Source: a virus. From it: DNA of 64,000 nt. The notes under the pieces were generated by a model. That model was not told the origin of the DNA. It saw nothing but the letters and a program-made list of their open reading frames with translations, and did no database searches. The DNA lies in the IMG/VR virus record IMGVR_UViG_3300022752_000030, positions 32,001 through 96,000 of that record. One strand, given 5' to 3'. The translations under genes and the position numbers were made by a program. This document shows positions 37,538 through 48,917 of the stretch, piece by piece (within the stretch, counting starts at the first letter, position 1; each line of letters begins with the position of its first letter).

Positions 37538-38080
37538 TCAAGAAGTGGTGTCGGTTTCCCACCATTGATACGCAAATGTGACTGAATATTCTTCAATCTC
37601 ATCATTTGATGCCCAATTTAAATCAATTGGAGCTAAATCTAATGGAAATAAACCAACAAATTTATATTTTTTCAACTCTTGTCCAGCTTTACCGTACTGT
37701 GTAACAGAAGCATCAACAGAATAACCTGTGTTATTTACTGCTGCACCATTACGTACATTTCCTGCATGGCTGTTGATTGCGTTCATCCAAGATTCTACTG
37801 AATTTCGGATTGCAAAATCTTCATCATTGATAATGTTTAATGTCCAGTCTGAAAACGATCTGTTTCCAGCAAACTTTAATTCACGACCAAAATAATAAAC
37901 AGGAACTGTTCCGATTGATGAACCTGGAAGTTGTGCCGCTTTTGCCATAAATGTTACTTTTTGACCAGCTACATTTCCGTTTGCCGCAACCGTTGGAAAA
38001 ACTAGAGAAACCGAAAATAGATTGGGACGAGCGCCGTCACCAATCATATTTGCTCTAAATTCTGTTACATTGAATGCCAT
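37538..38080 (-). CDS. gp19: tail tube protein
   Basis: GARPNLF, AGNRSFSDW, INDEDF. Confidence 0.95.
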   Translation of the reverse strand: MAFNVTEFRANMIGDGARPNLFSVSLVFPTVAANGNVAGQKVTFMAKAAQLPGSSIGTVPVYYFGRELKFAGNRSFSDWTLNIINDEDFAIRNSVESWMNAINSHAGNVRNGAAVNNTGYSVDASVTQYGKAGQELKKYKFVGLFPLDLAPIDLNWASNDEIEEYSVTFAYQWWETDTTS

Positions 38081-38108
38081 TTTGTTTTCTCCTATTCGTT
38101 AGTATTTA

Positions 38109-39803
38109 TTAGAACTGACCAACGACTGTTGTGAAGTCAACACCAGTTCCAACAGCAACGAAATTCAACTGAATGAAGTTAATTGAACGAGCAGGCTTGA
38201 TGTAAATATCACCAATAAATCTATTGGTATCAATAACTTGTGGTGTGTTATTTGTTGTGTCACAAACAACTTTAAAGTCAGTAATACCACGGCGACCTTG
38301 GATATCACGTAAGAATGGAGTTACAAGAGCAACAAATTGAGCGCGGGTAAATTCATCATTCAATTCAAACAATGAATATTGTGCAGCTCTTGAAATTGCT
38401 TTTTCTAAAATGATAAACAATCTACGTACATTAATTCTATCAAATGCGGAAGGCTTAGCTTGTAATGTTTTATCTCCAAACAATACAGTTCCTTGTCCTG
38501 GGAAAGAAACCACAGGATTTACACCAGCAGAATACAATGCATCACGATAAGTCTTTGATGGATTCCAAGCTAACTTGATGCTATTTTTAATAGCGCCTCT
38601 GTTATAACCTGCGGGTGAGAACCATGGATCTCTTATGGTATCTGTGTATACACATAAACCAGCAATATCAGCATTTAGAGGAATCCAACGGTATACATTA
38701 TTGTATTTGTCGAATTGATATTTCCAACCAGAATCAACAACAACATATGAAGAAGAACGTGATAGTGATGTTAACCAACTATTAATATTAGTAGTTTCGT
38801 TACCAGCTTGGTTCACAACGCTTGAATATGGTGGAGAAATAAATGCAACGCAATCCATACGAGTTGTTGCAATATTATCGATTACATATTGTTGTATTGT
38901 GACACTAGCATTACCAGTCATCAACAAAGAAATATCAACGGATTCTTTGTTTGCGAAATTTGAATATGCATTTTGTAAATTAGCGTCAGAAGGAACTTCA
39001 TCGGTACCGCCAGCCAAACTAACCAATTCATTTGAGGTTAATCTTGCAAAAGTTGTATTTGCAGCAGGTTGACCCCAAGTTGAACTTGTAATCGAGTAAC
39101 TTACTGGATCTACAGCATAAACGTACTTAGAGTTATTAAAAATTACTTGTTTGTAGTAATTTGTAGAACCGTTTAAAGAAGCATCACTTGCAGCTGAAAC
39201 AAAAGCATATGTTTCCAAAACTGTATTTGCTGTTCCTGTGAATAAACCACCACGATCAACAATAACAATGTGCATTTCATCATTTGAACCGTTGGCAGCA
39301 GAAACGTAATCTGAAGTGCCTGGTGCGCTAGTAAAGTATGATTTATATGTCCATGTACTAAATGTTGAGTTGTTTGCACAAACCGCAACATCAATAGAAT
39401 TTCCTAAAACTCCAGGATATCTAGAAATAAAAGCGCCATATAAATTGTTTTGACTGACATTTAAATATGAAGCTTCAAAAACATCCTCATTTGTTATCTG
39501 AACGTTTGTAGCTGATGTGTTTGCGTCAGCATTGAATGAATTTGCACCAACAGCACGAACAATTTGAATATTGTTTCCGTAAGCTAAGAAGTTTGCAGAT
39601 GTAAAGAAAGATACTGCTGAATTTGAATCGGGTTCACCAAAAGTTTTTGTTAAGGTGATCTCACTATCAATTAATTTAAGTTTATTTGCAGGACCCCATT
39701 GAAATGTACCAGCAAAAGCACCAGCTGTAGATTGAACTGAAGGAACTACTGTCGTTAAGTCAATTTCAGATACGTTTACGCCTGGAGAGATTTGAAATGC
39801 CAT
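38109..39803 (-). CDS. gp18: tail sheath protein
   Basis: SPGV.V.EID, PWFSPAG..RG, FDRINVRRLF. Confidence 0.98.
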   Translation of the reverse strand: MAFQISPGVNVSEIDLTTVVPSVQSTAGAFAGTFQWGPANKLKLIDSEITLTKTFGEPDSNSAVSFFTSANFLAYGNNIQIVRAVGANSFNADANTSATNVQITNEDVFEASYLNVSQNNLYGAFISRYPGVLGNSIDVAVCANNSTFSTWTYKSYFTSAPGTSDYVSAANGSNDEMHIVIVDRGGLFTGTANTVLETYAFVSAASDASLNGSTNYYKQVIFNNSKYVYAVDPVSYSITSSTWGQPAANTTFARLTSNELVSLAGGTDEVPSDANLQNAYSNFANKESVDISLLMTGNASVTIQQYVIDNIATTRMDCVAFISPPYSSVVNQAGNETTNINSWLTSLSRSSSYVVVDSGWKYQFDKYNNVYRWIPLNADIAGLCVYTDTIRDPWFSPAGYNRGAIKNSIKLAWNPSKTYRDALYSAGVNPVVSFPGQGTVLFGDKTLQAKPSAFDRINVRRLFIILEKAISRAAQYSLFELNDEFTRAQFVALVTPFLRDIQGRRGITDFKVVCDTTNNTPQVIDTNRFIGDIYIKPARSINFIQLNFVAVGTGVDFTTVVGQF

Positions 39804-39874
39804 TTGATTCTCCTTGAATTATTATGTTATTTTGGCAACTAAAATACCATAAAGATATTTATCAAACACTAAAT

Positions 39875-41554
39875 TTACATTCTTTGTAATGTTTTCTTAA
39901 TAAAGTTTGAGTAAATTTGACCGGAGTCGGCTTTTTCCCAAACATCTCCATCATATATTTCAAAATCGTGTTCTAAACCATCCTCAATGATTGGTGCTGG
40001 TAAAGATTCTTCATCTACCTGATTCATATTTTCCAATTGAATTTGTTTTCTCAGATCGTGATTTACAATTTCTTTGAAATATTTTTGTGTAGCAACCCAA
40101 GAAAAAATTACTAAAGTCATTACCAAATCATCATTTGCATCTTCTTCAGCAGAAAAAGAATTCTTTTGTGCAACAAAAGTTGTCAATTCCGAGTAGGTGT
40201 CAAAGTCGTTAATTAATAATTTATCACCTTCAATTAACGTTTTTAAGTTTGAACAACCTATTTTTTTAACCTGCGGTGACATTTTGAGACCCATTTGAAT
40301 GCCACGTGCAAAACCAGCGGAAAGTTGTTGAGGTTTTTTATTACCCGTAAATACTTTCCATAAGTTTTCATATTCAAAGTCTGCATGTAAAGAATCTGCA
40401 ACTTGAGGATTGTTGTTAATTTCCACCAAAACATATGCATCATTATACAATTTTGCTGCATTGTAGATAATTGTCGGAAATAAAATTGGAGAAATCGATG
40501 AACTTTTATAGGTTGCCACTTGTTTATATGGCGTCTGTGAAATATCAATTACCGAAAATGCTGAACTGTCTAAATTCCTACCTTCAGAAACGTCAACGCA
40601 AATACAATATAAGTGGTCTTTTTTATTACTTTCACCATCATCTTTAATAGGCCTCTCGTAAATCTTCATCATATCGTGTTGTGCAATAGGATCGATATAG
40701 ACAATTTGTTGAAGTTTATTGCCTGAAATGAGTGTATTTGATGAACCTAAGAATTCTGTTTCAAATTCTTGTGCAAACTGTCTTTCTGATGTGTTTCTTA
40801 TTGTTTCTTCTTTCCATTCATCTGTTCTTCCTGGAACATTTGACCAGTGAATTTCAAAAGGAACGTAATTATTTTTTCTGTTGATTGAATCCATCCAAAG
40901 TTTATAAAACAAGTTCATACCATTTGGTGTTGAAACAATAATGATTTTAGTTGTTTTACCAGAAGAAATAACAGGATAAACAGAGTTAAAAAACTCATTT
41001 GCGATATTTGCAGGAACGAAAGCAAATTCATCCAAGAAAACAATATTGAAAGATCCACCACGAACAGCAGAAGATGATGTTGACGCTGCAATTATTTTTG
41101 AACCATTCTCTAATTCAACATTACCTTTATTCCATGTGATCACGCCTTGTTGCAACCACATAGGTAAATTTTCATATGCAAGTTGGTATTTTGCTAGAAT
41201 ATCTCTAGCTAAAGAACCTTTGTTTGCTAAAACAGCACAGTTTTGAGAATCTGTAAAAAGAGTTGCCCATAAAAGATAAGCAACAGTAGTTGTTGTTTTT
41301 CCGACCTGTCGTGGACATTTTGTAATTACAAAACGATTATCTTTAAAAAGTTTAATCATTTTTTCTTGAAAGTCCCACATCTTAAAATTTATGAGGCCTT
41401 CATCAACGTTAACAATTTTTACATAATTTTTTGCAAAGTAAATTGGATCTTTAGAACATTTTACATATTCATCAACTTGTTCTTGTGTGTATTCAACTTG
41501 AACACCAGATCGTTTAAGTAAAGGATTATCACGGTAAGAATCTTTATTGTCCAT
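39875..41554 (-). CDS. gp17: terminase large subunit
   Basis: RQVGKTT, LDEFAF, STPNG, DDLVM. Confidence 0.98.
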   Translation of the reverse strand: MDNKDSYRDNPLLKRSGVQVEYTQEQVDEYVKCSKDPIYFAKNYVKIVNVDEGLINFKMWDFQEKMIKLFKDNRFVITKCPRQVGKTTTTVAYLLWATLFTDSQNCAVLANKGSLARDILAKYQLAYENLPMWLQQGVITWNKGNVELENGSKIIAASTSSSAVRGGSFNIVFLDEFAFVPANIANEFFNSVYPVISSGKTTKIIIVSTPNGMNLFYKLWMDSINRKNNYVPFEIHWSNVPGRTDEWKEETIRNTSERQFAQEFETEFLGSSNTLISGNKLQQIVYIDPIAQHDMMKIYERPIKDDGESNKKDHLYCICVDVSEGRNLDSSAFSVIDISQTPYKQVATYKSSSISPILFPTIIYNAAKLYNDAYVLVEINNNPQVADSLHADFEYENLWKVFTGNKKPQQLSAGFARGIQMGLKMSPQVKKIGCSNLKTLIEGDKLLINDFDTYSELTTFVAQKNSFSAEEDANDDLVMTLVIFSWVATQKYFKEIVNHDLRKQIQLENMNQVDEESLPAPIIEDGLEHDFEIYDGDVWEKADSGQIYSNFIKKTLQRM

Positions 41555-41963
41555 CTTTACCTTTTAATATTTTAGATAGTTCGGCAGTTGAACCTACAAA
41601 AATAGCTTTATCGATATTTGTATTGCCTTCTTTTTTATTATTTTTGTCCATATCACGCATTTGTTTTTGTATATTCAATAACTCTTTATTAGCGTCTACC
41701 ATGTTTTTAAGTAGAGTTCCATAAACTTCAAATGCTCTTGGATGTTGACCTGCCTTGGCAATTTGTAATATTTCTTCCATTGCCTCTTTACCTTGATCAA
41801 TTAAATCTTGAAGATTATCTTTAGATTGTTGATATGCATCAACCAAATCCTCTTTAAGATCAGGTTCACCAATTTCTTTTTTAACTGGAACTAATGTAGT
41901 TTCTGTTTTTGTTACAGGAGTTACATCAAATATTTTTTCCATATTCTTATCAAAAGTACTCAT
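41544..41963 (-). CDS. gp16: terminase small subunit
   Basis: HPRAFEV, FVGSTAEL. Confidence 0.93.
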   Translation of the reverse strand: MSTFDKNMEKIFDVTPVTKTETTLVPVKKEIGEPDLKEDLVDAYQQSKDNLQDLIDQGKEAMEEILQIAKAGQHPRAFEVYGTLLKNMVDANKELLNIQKQMRDMDKNNKKEGNTNIDKAIFVGSTAELSKILKGKDGQ

Positions 41964-42943
41964 ACGTCAAATTCAGTAATAATTGTGTTAGCTACATATG
42001 GAGTTGTTGCGTTTGCGTTAGCTGGATTTGGAGTAATATCAATTTGAACAAACTTTTTAGGTGCCAAATTATAAGAAGTAAATTTATAATTTGCTCTTGT
42101 GTTTATTCCATAAATTGGTTGTGAAGAAACGAAATTACCGTTAACTTGTTTGAGTTTTAAAATATTGTTCTTGAAGGATACAACTATTGCAGTTGCAGTT
42201 GATACTTTCTGTGAATAACCTTGATAAACAGATTCTCCTATTTGATATGTTCCTGTACCACTTGAAGAATTTATTATAAAATCAACCACATCATCTTCTG
42301 TAATTTCATTATAAATTGAAGTGATTGAATGTGTAATAACATTTGCTGTAGATGATTTACCAAAAATAAAACCTTTAGCTGTAAAATTTAAAGTCCAGAT
42401 AATCATTCTGGTTTCATTTTCTCTCACACCTTCATAAATTATTTCGTGACTTGTCGAATTCAAAATAATAGGTATTTCTTTAATTATACCCATTTCTGGA
42501 ATTAAATTTAATTTGATTGTATAATCTGGTGTAAAAAATGGTACAATATGTTCGATAATTTCTGTTGCATCTTCAATATTACGAACATACAAGTACAGAT
42601 TAAAATCATAATCGTAGGGTACTGGATTATACTGAGATAAAATTCCAGTATTTGTTGATGCAAAGTTTTTTATATTTGTGTTTTGTTTTCGACTCGAATC
42701 ATATTTCAAACCTGTCATTTCAAAAGAAAATCTAGGTAAAGTAGTTTGAACTTTTTTGTTTAAGTTTAAATCTTCTTCCAACCTCATCACATATCTTTCT
42801 TTTGTAGCATATGCAATAGGTACGAGAAAGCGATTAGATTGTGTTCCGTCAGGATTATATCTAATTAAAGTGATGTTGTCGAATAAATTACCAAATCCGA
42901 TAATTGTTTTTCGGATTATTCTATTATGTTCAGTTGTTGACAT
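41960..42943 (-). CDS. gp15: tail sheath stabiliser/terminator
   Basis: FG.LF..I, VPIAY, LPR.SFEM, PVPY, WTLNF. Confidence 0.93.
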   Translation of the reverse strand: MSTTEHNRIIRKTIIGFGNLFDNITLIRYNPDGTQSNRFLVPIAYATKERYVMRLEEDLNLNKKVQTTLPRFSFEMTGLKYDSSRKQNTNIKNFASTNTGILSQYNPVPYDYDFNLYLYVRNIEDATEIIEHIVPFFTPDYTIKLNLIPEMGIIKEIPIILNSTSHEIIYEGVRENETRMIIWTLNFTAKGFIFGKSSTANVITHSITSIYNEITEDDVVDFIINSSSGTGTYQIGESVYQGYSQKVSTATAIVVSFKNNILKLKQVNGNFVSSQPIYGINTRANYKFTSYNLAPKKFVQIDITPNPANANATTPYVANTIITEFDV

Positions 42944-43827
42944 TAGAGTTTTCCGAAAGGATTAATTTCTGAGAGGTCGATGATATTATTAGCTTGATTG
43001 TCAATATACTTATTATCATAAGTTTCATTCTCAGTATCATCTTCAAGTGTATCAAAATTTACTGGCTTATAAACTGCTCCACTGCTTGCTCCATACACAT
43101 CAACGTTTGCTTTAAATTCTCCTACTATCGAATGTACACTCAATACATTTGATGTTGGATTCCAAAGCTTTGACATTGCAACAACAGAAGCATTTGCATA
43201 TGTTGTGTCTGGTGATTGATATACAATTTCGCCGTGTGTATACCAATAACCATTGCCTGCGTTCATATTTAATAATAAAGTATAAGCTGACTGGTGCATA
43301 ACTTGATCAATTTGTGCAACACCTGTAGCAATACTTTCTTGAGAAAATTTGTATTTTTCCAATTCTAATTCGTAAAAGTAAGGTACGCTTCTTCCTAACA
43401 TAAAGAAATCTTTTGTCTGATTTACAAATTTAATTTCATATAATTCACCAGTTCCATTTAAAAATGGAACATAAATCAAATCACCCTCTAATGGTCTAGG
43501 TAGAGTATTTGGTGGTATTCTTTGATTAAAAGAACGTTTCGATAAAACCACGTTTACATTATTTTTAATTTCAAGACCAAATTTTGAGAAGAATTCTTTT
43601 TCACCCATATATTCTAAAGAATTGGATAGATAAAATTCTATTGCATATGCAGATTTAAAGTTTTTAACAGGATCTTCACCAAACAATGTATCTCTCGAAA
43701 TATCATTTGTGTTAGGTACGTAATAAGCATCGAAACCCATAATTTTAATGGATTCGACAATTAAATCCTCAATTACTCTTTGTTCAGCATTTGAGTTATA
43801 ATTATTAAAATAGTGTGAGGTTGCCAT
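42943..43827 (-). CDS. gp14: neck protein
   Basis: ESIKI.G, SKFGLEI, EGDLIY.P, NPFG. Confidence 0.93.
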   Translation of the reverse strand: MATSHYFNNYNSNAEQRVIEDLIVESIKIMGFDAYYVPNTNDISRDTLFGEDPVKNFKSAYAIEFYLSNSLEYMGEKEFFSKFGLEIKNNVNVVLSKRSFNQRIPPNTLPRPLEGDLIYVPFLNGTGELYEIKFVNQTKDFFMLGRSVPYFYELELEKYKFSQESIATGVAQIDQVMHQSAYTLLLNMNAGNGYWYTHGEIVYQSPDTTYANASVVAMSKLWNPTSNVLSVHSIVGEFKANVDVYGASSGAVYKPVNFDTLEDDTENETYDNKYIDNQANNIIDLSEINPFGKL

Positions 43828-43828
43828 T

Positions 43829-44605
43829 TTAGTTCAAGAAGAATTCTAGTGGAGCACCATAATTCTTTTCCATTTCAGCTTCTAATCTTTCAATTTCATT
43901 GACCGCTTCTTGATAGATTTTATCACCATTTAAAGTAACACCACCTGGAAGTTGCATACCAGCAAACTTCTTTAGGTTATTACCCCAAGTTCTTTTGATT
44001 AATTCTGTGGCATATTCTTTTAACCAACGATCATTCCAAACTTTTGAATAAACATCGGGATTAATAACCGCATAACATTCTGCAATTACTACTGTTCCTG
44101 CTGGTGCTTCTGATTGACCCCAAGCCCAATCAATATACAGTCTTTGCATATGTCGTTGAAATCGTATAGGAACTTCACCCGTAAACATTAATTCTAAAGA
44201 ACGTAAATGTTGTTGTGTTAACGTGTAGTTGATATATGATGCAGACGTAAAATCATACAATTCGTTTAATCTAAGTTGATATCTTAAATCAAACATATTA
44301 ACTGTTGACTGTGAATCTGAGATTGGAAATATACGAGTAACACCAACAATTTCCATTGCATTGTTGGCTTCATCTTTAGATTCACTCAAGTCAAGATACT
44401 TATTTGTTATATCTTGTTGTTGAACTGCTTTGATGTAATATACTTTTTGTAGACCATCAAAATGGTAATCTTGCCAGTATTGCAAAGCATCGTCAATACG
44501 ATCTTCTATTTGATCATCATCAACGTTAATTTCAATAACTGGAAAACCTAGTCTTCTTAAACAATAGTCTTTAAAAGTATATCTGTCGGTAATTGGATTT
44601 GCCAT
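43829..44605 (-). CDS. gp13: neck protein
   Basis: YCLRRLG.PVIEINV, LPGGVTLNG; TATAAATA at 44634-44641. Confidence 0.95.
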   Translation of the reverse strand: MANPITDRYTFKDYCLRRLGFPVIEINVDDDQIEDRIDDALQYWQDYHFDGLQKVYYIKAVQQQDITNKYLDLSESKDEANNAMEIVGVTRIFPISDSQSTVNMFDLRYQLRLNELYDFTSASYINYTLTQQHLRSLELMFTGEVPIRFQRHMQRLYIDWAWGQSEAPAGTVVIAECYAVINPDVYSKVWNDRWLKEYATELIKRTWGNNLKKFAGMQLPGGVTLNGDKIYQEAVNEIERLEAEMEKNYGAPLEFFLN

Positions 44606-44636
44606 GACGTTATTTACCCATAGTTTTATTGGCTAT

Positions 44637-45896
44637 TTATATTCTCAATTGTCCGGGTAGTCTAGGCATGCCGTCTTTAATTGCAACTAACCATGCGGAT
44701 GTAACACAAACATTTAAATTTTTCATCCATTCGTTTGGAAAATACGTTTCTTTTCTGTATTCTTGAAATCTAATTGTTTTGTTATCTATAAAATTTGCTA
44801 GATATGCATCTGTGTAATACAGAAAACTATTTTCGTTCCAGTAACTTACATGTGTTGGATCTTGAAAAGCGCCACGACCATCTGTACTAGGAACCTCAAT
44901 AAATGTCCAACCACCTGGTGCCAAAACACGATGTATCTCAGACATTATTTTTGTTTTATCTGTTAAATGTTCCAAAATATGACTTGCATTTAATACACCA
45001 ACAGAATTGTCAGGTAAAGGAATTCCTTTATTTAAATCGTATACAATATCAGCATCAGGTCGTAAATCAACAGAAATGTAATTTGGATATGGATTCAAAC
45101 CACCGCCAATATCTACCTTTAAAAGATTTCTATCGAGTGCATCTTTTTCTGCCAATTCTCTTGCATATTGATTAAACAATTCTTTTGTTTTTATTTGAAT
45201 TGCTTCATTTCTGGCTATGAATGTGTTGTCTCCAGTAATTCTGTAAAGATAAAGAACTTTTGGTATTCTGACCATTTTTGTTTTTAAATAAGTTCGAATA
45301 CACAATTCGTGATCATCACAAATAGAAAGTTCTACATTATGGCCACCCAACTCTTTATATACAGATGTTCTCCATGATCTCACGTGATCTGGTGCCCACC
45401 AAATATATCCTAAACTATGACTGGTGGGCTCAAAACTATTCATTGCAATAAGTTTTTTTCCTTTCCATTCAAAATCTCTGTAAGTCCATCCATATTCTGA
45501 TCCGTAAGGAATAAAATTATCTTCCATGTGCAACATTGCATCATCACTATAAACAAAACCAACATCTGGATTTTGATAGGCTTTATACAATTCTTCTAAA
45601 CAATCCGGTGTGATAATGTCGTCATGATCCAATTCGACAAGAACATCTCCTGTTCCACTATTAAAGGCCGCATTTTTAACTGCACCGACATTTGTATTTT
45701 TTTCTTTTGCACAAATGATTACAACACGGTTATCATTTTTAATTTTTTCTGGTATGTGTTGCGGTGTGCATTTGTTGTTTAGATAAAGAATCCATTCCCA
45801 ATTCTCATAGGTTTGATTACAAATACTTTCGTATAATTCTACTAAAAAAGGAATGTTTTCTGGACTGTGTTCTGGAGTTATTAAACTAAATTTCAT
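44637..45896 (-). CDS. GT2 glycosyltransferase fused to SAM-dependent methyltransferase
   Basis: ELDHDD DxD, CDD, then DIGGG, HILEH, RVLAPGG, DPTH. Confidence 0.85.
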   Translation of the reverse strand: MKFSLITPEHSPENIPFLVELYESICNQTYENWEWILYLNNKCTPQHIPEKIKNDNRVVIICAKEKNTNVGAVKNAAFNSGTGDVLVELDHDDIITPDCLEELYKAYQNPDVGFVYSDDAMLHMEDNFIPYGSEYGWTYRDFEWKGKKLIAMNSFEPTSHSLGYIWWAPDHVRSWRTSVYKELGGHNVELSICDDHELCIRTYLKTKMVRIPKVLYLYRITGDNTFIARNEAIQIKTKELFNQYARELAEKDALDRNLLKVDIGGGLNPYPNYISVDLRPDADIVYDLNKGIPLPDNSVGVLNASHILEHLTDKTKIMSEIHRVLAPGGWTFIEVPSTDGRGAFQDPTHVSYWNENSFLYYTDAYLANFIDNKTIRFQEYRKETYFPNEWMKNLNVCVTSAWLVAIKDGMPRLPGQLRI

Positions 45897-45898
45897 AA

Positions 45899-47620
45899 TT
45901 AATCAAAGAAAAATAAATGTGTTAATCTTCCGTCTTCTATTCCTTGACCAAAATAAGGTCCGGCCGAATGTATGCATCGTGCATCCATAATGACGAGTCT
46001 ATTGTATATATTTGCTGCTGAATCCGTCACATCAAATTTTGTGCTGTCATAGAAACCTCCAGCAAAAGCACCGGACGAATCATTATCCGTTGAATGTCTT
46101 GTGCCGTTAAGTTTTGATTGATGTAATCTGGTACCACTTTCTAAAGGCGCATTTGGAGTTAAATAAATCATTGCGGCCCATTTTTGTAAATCGTAGTGAT
46201 AAACTTGTGGATCTTCTGCTGTTGTTATTTGAAAACAACCATTATAATCATGATTTTCAAAATTGAAAATTTCTTCACCAATAATTTTTTCAAAAGCTTC
46301 TTTGAGTCCTTTGGGTCTATATGGTACAACCGAACGTAATCCTTTGTACCAACGAATGTCTGATTTATATTCAACATTCAGTGCAAATTCTCTTACTTCG
46401 TCCGGATTTTGATAAAAATTATCTACGATAAAAAATCTTTTATTTGTGTTGGTGTTGATAAAGAAAGGTAAAGAATTTTTGTTTTCTTCTTCTACTTTTT
46501 GTTTTGCTAACTCATGCAATTTCTGAACTCTGCCTGTAGGACTATCATGATATAATGACGTATCAATCATCACGACAAACCTAGGAAATACATTTGTTCT
46601 TTCTGGTTGCATCATTCTTGTGGTGCAACTCAACATACTTTTGTAATCACCTAAATTGTTATATATTTGAGCCAAAGCAAAAAGGTGATCGTTTCTTTCT
46701 GGAGCAAATTTTTCAGAAAGATTATAAGTGTTTATCGCATTGTTTACATCACCAATAAAGTTATAACATTCTCCTGCAAAAAATAATGCCATGTAACACA
46801 TTTCATCAACTTCATTTTCGCCAATTTGTACTGGAAATTTAGTAGATTGTTTGTGTCTTACAAATTCTTCAAAGTAATATATCGATCTTTTTGCGTATTC
46901 TTTTTTTTGCGTTTCACCTAATGGAAATGAACTTGATTGGTATGCGTCCGTATAACTTTTACCAATGTACCAAAAATGATACAAGTCAGTAGTAAATGAT
47001 TTTTCTTTGATCATTTTTTCTTCAAGAATCAAAGCGTCACTAATAAATTTTACAGGATTTGACCAACTCTGACCCTCATTGTATCCAACTTGTCTAAATT
47101 TTGGTGACAAATCGATTCTTTCAAAGTTTTCACCAATACCTTCAATATCACAATAAACTGTTTCGTGACAAGTATCGTGATTGAATCTCCAGGGAAGATT
47201 TGCGTTCCACATCCAAGCTCTATGATAAATGCATGTACCACTTACTGCTGGTATGTGAAAAGCTTGTGTGTTTTTATTTTCTAGTGGTGACCAGTCGAAA
47301 TCGTCATCAATTTCTAAAACTTCATCACAATCCATTTTTAAAATCCAATCGCAACCGTGATCTGTTTTTTGGCAGTATTGAATCAAGTGGTCACGATTCC
47401 ATCCGAAACCAACCCAACCTTCTTCTACATCATACAATTCACCTGAAAGTTTATTGTTGATTAAAAAATCTTTGACTATTTGGTCTGTACCATCAGTTGA
47501 TCCATTATTCTGTAATACATAATAATCAACATATGGTAAACAAGAATCTAACATTCTTTTGATAACCGATGCTTCATTTTTAAACATTGTTATCATTACA
47601 ATTTTACAATTTTTCTTCAT
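45899..47620 (-). CDS. GT2 glycosyltransferase + TPR + 2OG-Fe(II) oxygenase-like fusion
   Basis: KNEA...GSTDGT...DCDE...HE; TPR-like helices; C-terminal VDNFY.NPD...HYD...HSA...RL. Confidence 0.8.
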   Translation of the reverse strand: MKKNCKIVMITMFKNEASVIKRMLDSCLPYVDYYVLQNNGSTDGTDQIVKDFLINNKLSGELYDVEEGWVGFGWNRDHLIQYCQKTDHGCDWILKMDCDEVLEIDDDFDWSPLENKNTQAFHIPAVSGTCIYHRAWMWNANLPWRFNHDTCHETVYCDIEGIGENFERIDLSPKFRQVGYNEGQSWSNPVKFISDALILEEKMIKEKSFTTDLYHFWYIGKSYTDAYQSSSFPLGETQKKEYAKRSIYYFEEFVRHKQSTKFPVQIGENEVDEMCYMALFFAGECYNFIGDVNNAINTYNLSEKFAPERNDHLFALAQIYNNLGDYKSMLSCTTRMMQPERTNVFPRFVVMIDTSLYHDSPTGRVQKLHELAKQKVEEENKNSLPFFINTNTNKRFFIVDNFYQNPDEVREFALNVEYKSDIRWYKGLRSVVPYRPKGLKEAFEKIIGEEIFNFENHDYNGCFQITTAEDPQVYHYDLQKWAAMIYLTPNAPLESGTRLHQSKLNGTRHSTDNDSSGAFAGGFYDSTKFDVTDSAANIYNRLVIMDARCIHSAGPYFGQGIEDGRLTHLFFFD

Positions 47621-48327
47621 AATGTTCTCTGTTGTATAAATTTTAAAATTTCAGGATCATTTTTTTGATCTTCAGTTGGAGCATATAATGCTCTATTTCT
47701 AGTATCTATAACACCTCCAGGTTCAACCATATAGTACATTGCAATACTTTTTCTATAAACTCCTTCAGGACATTTAATAGGATCATTAAATCCGTGCCAT
47801 GAATTTTGTGAAGTGTCAAATAACAAAGCACGATTAAATTTATTTTCAATCGTTATTATTTTTTCTTTTGGTAAATTTGTGGTACTATCGTGTGACCAAA
47901 ATTCAAGATTGCCTCCCCAATTGGTATTCCAATCTGGTGTCAGGTAAAAAATTAAATTGAATTTTCTTAGTAGATTTAATTTTGGATGCATCGAATAATC
48001 AAGATGCACATTTAGTTTACTGTCTTTACCCTGAATGTGCCAACCAGAACCGTGAAGTCCTAAATCTGGATATACTTTATTTGTACCTGTTATATCTTGA
48101 ATTTTTTTTATAAATTCCGATGAATTTAAATATTGAAAAAATTGATATGTTTTTGGTGGAAAAAAATACCAATTATTACTTGCTTTTTTGATTTCAAGTG
48201 GATTGTTGTAAACAAACCAATTAGGTGAATTATAATCTATAAATTCTTCTGATAATTGTTTTGCGTGATCGTGTTCTAAAAAATTATCAATCACATAATA
48301 TTTGAAAGGTGAATCACCAACAATCAT
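47617..48327 (-). CDS. 2OG-Fe(II) oxygenase
   Basis: HLD...WGG.LE...FNR...SWHG...RKS. Confidence 0.88.
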   Translation of the reverse strand: MIVGDSPFKYYVIDNFLEHDHAKQLSEEFIDYNSPNWFVYNNPLEIKKASNNWYFFPPKTYQFFQYLNSSEFIKKIQDITGTNKVYPDLGLHGSGWHIQGKDSKLNVHLDYSMHPKLNLLRKFNLIFYLTPDWNTNWGGNLEFWSHDSTTNLPKEKIITIENKFNRALLFDTSQNSWHGFNDPIKCPEGVYRKSIAMYYMVEPGGVIDTRNRALYAPTEDQKNDPEILKFIQQRTL

Positions 48328-48899
48328 TTCCACTTAGGACCTTCAAACCATGCAGCAATACTATATCTGGTTCCTTTTGTTACCGGATATGCTCTGTGTC
48401 TTAACATTGAGGGAAAGAAAATGATTGAGCCTTGCTCCTTTGTTTCTTTTGAATCCAAAGGAGTGCCAGCATCTGTAATTTCGAAATTGCCACCTTCGTA
48501 ATCTTTTGGATCAGAAAGTTGAATTATACAAGATAGTTTTCTATGATATAATGGATCATTATTCATCCAAAAAACGTCATGATGTTCTTTATATTCACCG
48601 AAATAACTACTATCATATTCAGCCAATTGAACAAAATTTAAATGTGTGATGTGTATATTAAAGAAATCTTTATTCGCTTGTATACCTGTTTTCCACAACA
48701 AATCAAAAAGGTAGGTGAATCTCCAGTCTGAAGAATTGATAAATTTTACTTTACTCTTTCTTATACTGGAGTCCACTCTACCATTATCATTTAATCCAAC
48801 AACAGCATCTTGTGTAGGTATTGCATTTGCATCACGGATAATTTTTTCACAAGTCGCTTTATCAATATACGATTTAAAATAACACCACTCACCATTCAT
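48324..48899 (-). CDS. 2OG-Fe(II) oxygenase (prolyl hydroxylase-like)
   Basis: HHD...RKLS...YEGG...FPS..H...PVTKG.RYS..W. Confidence 0.9.
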   Translation of the reverse strand: MNGEWCYFKSYIDKATCEKIIRDANAIPTQDAVVGLNDNGRVDSSIRKSKVKFINSSDWRFTYLFDLLWKTGIQANKDFFNIHITHLNFVQLAEYDSSYFGEYKEHHDVFWMNNDPLYHRKLSCIIQLSDPKDYEGGNFEITDAGTPLDSKETKEQGSIIFFPSMLRHRAYPVTKGTRYSIAAWFEGPKWK

Positions 48900-48917
48900 A
48901 AACAAACTCCTAAAAGA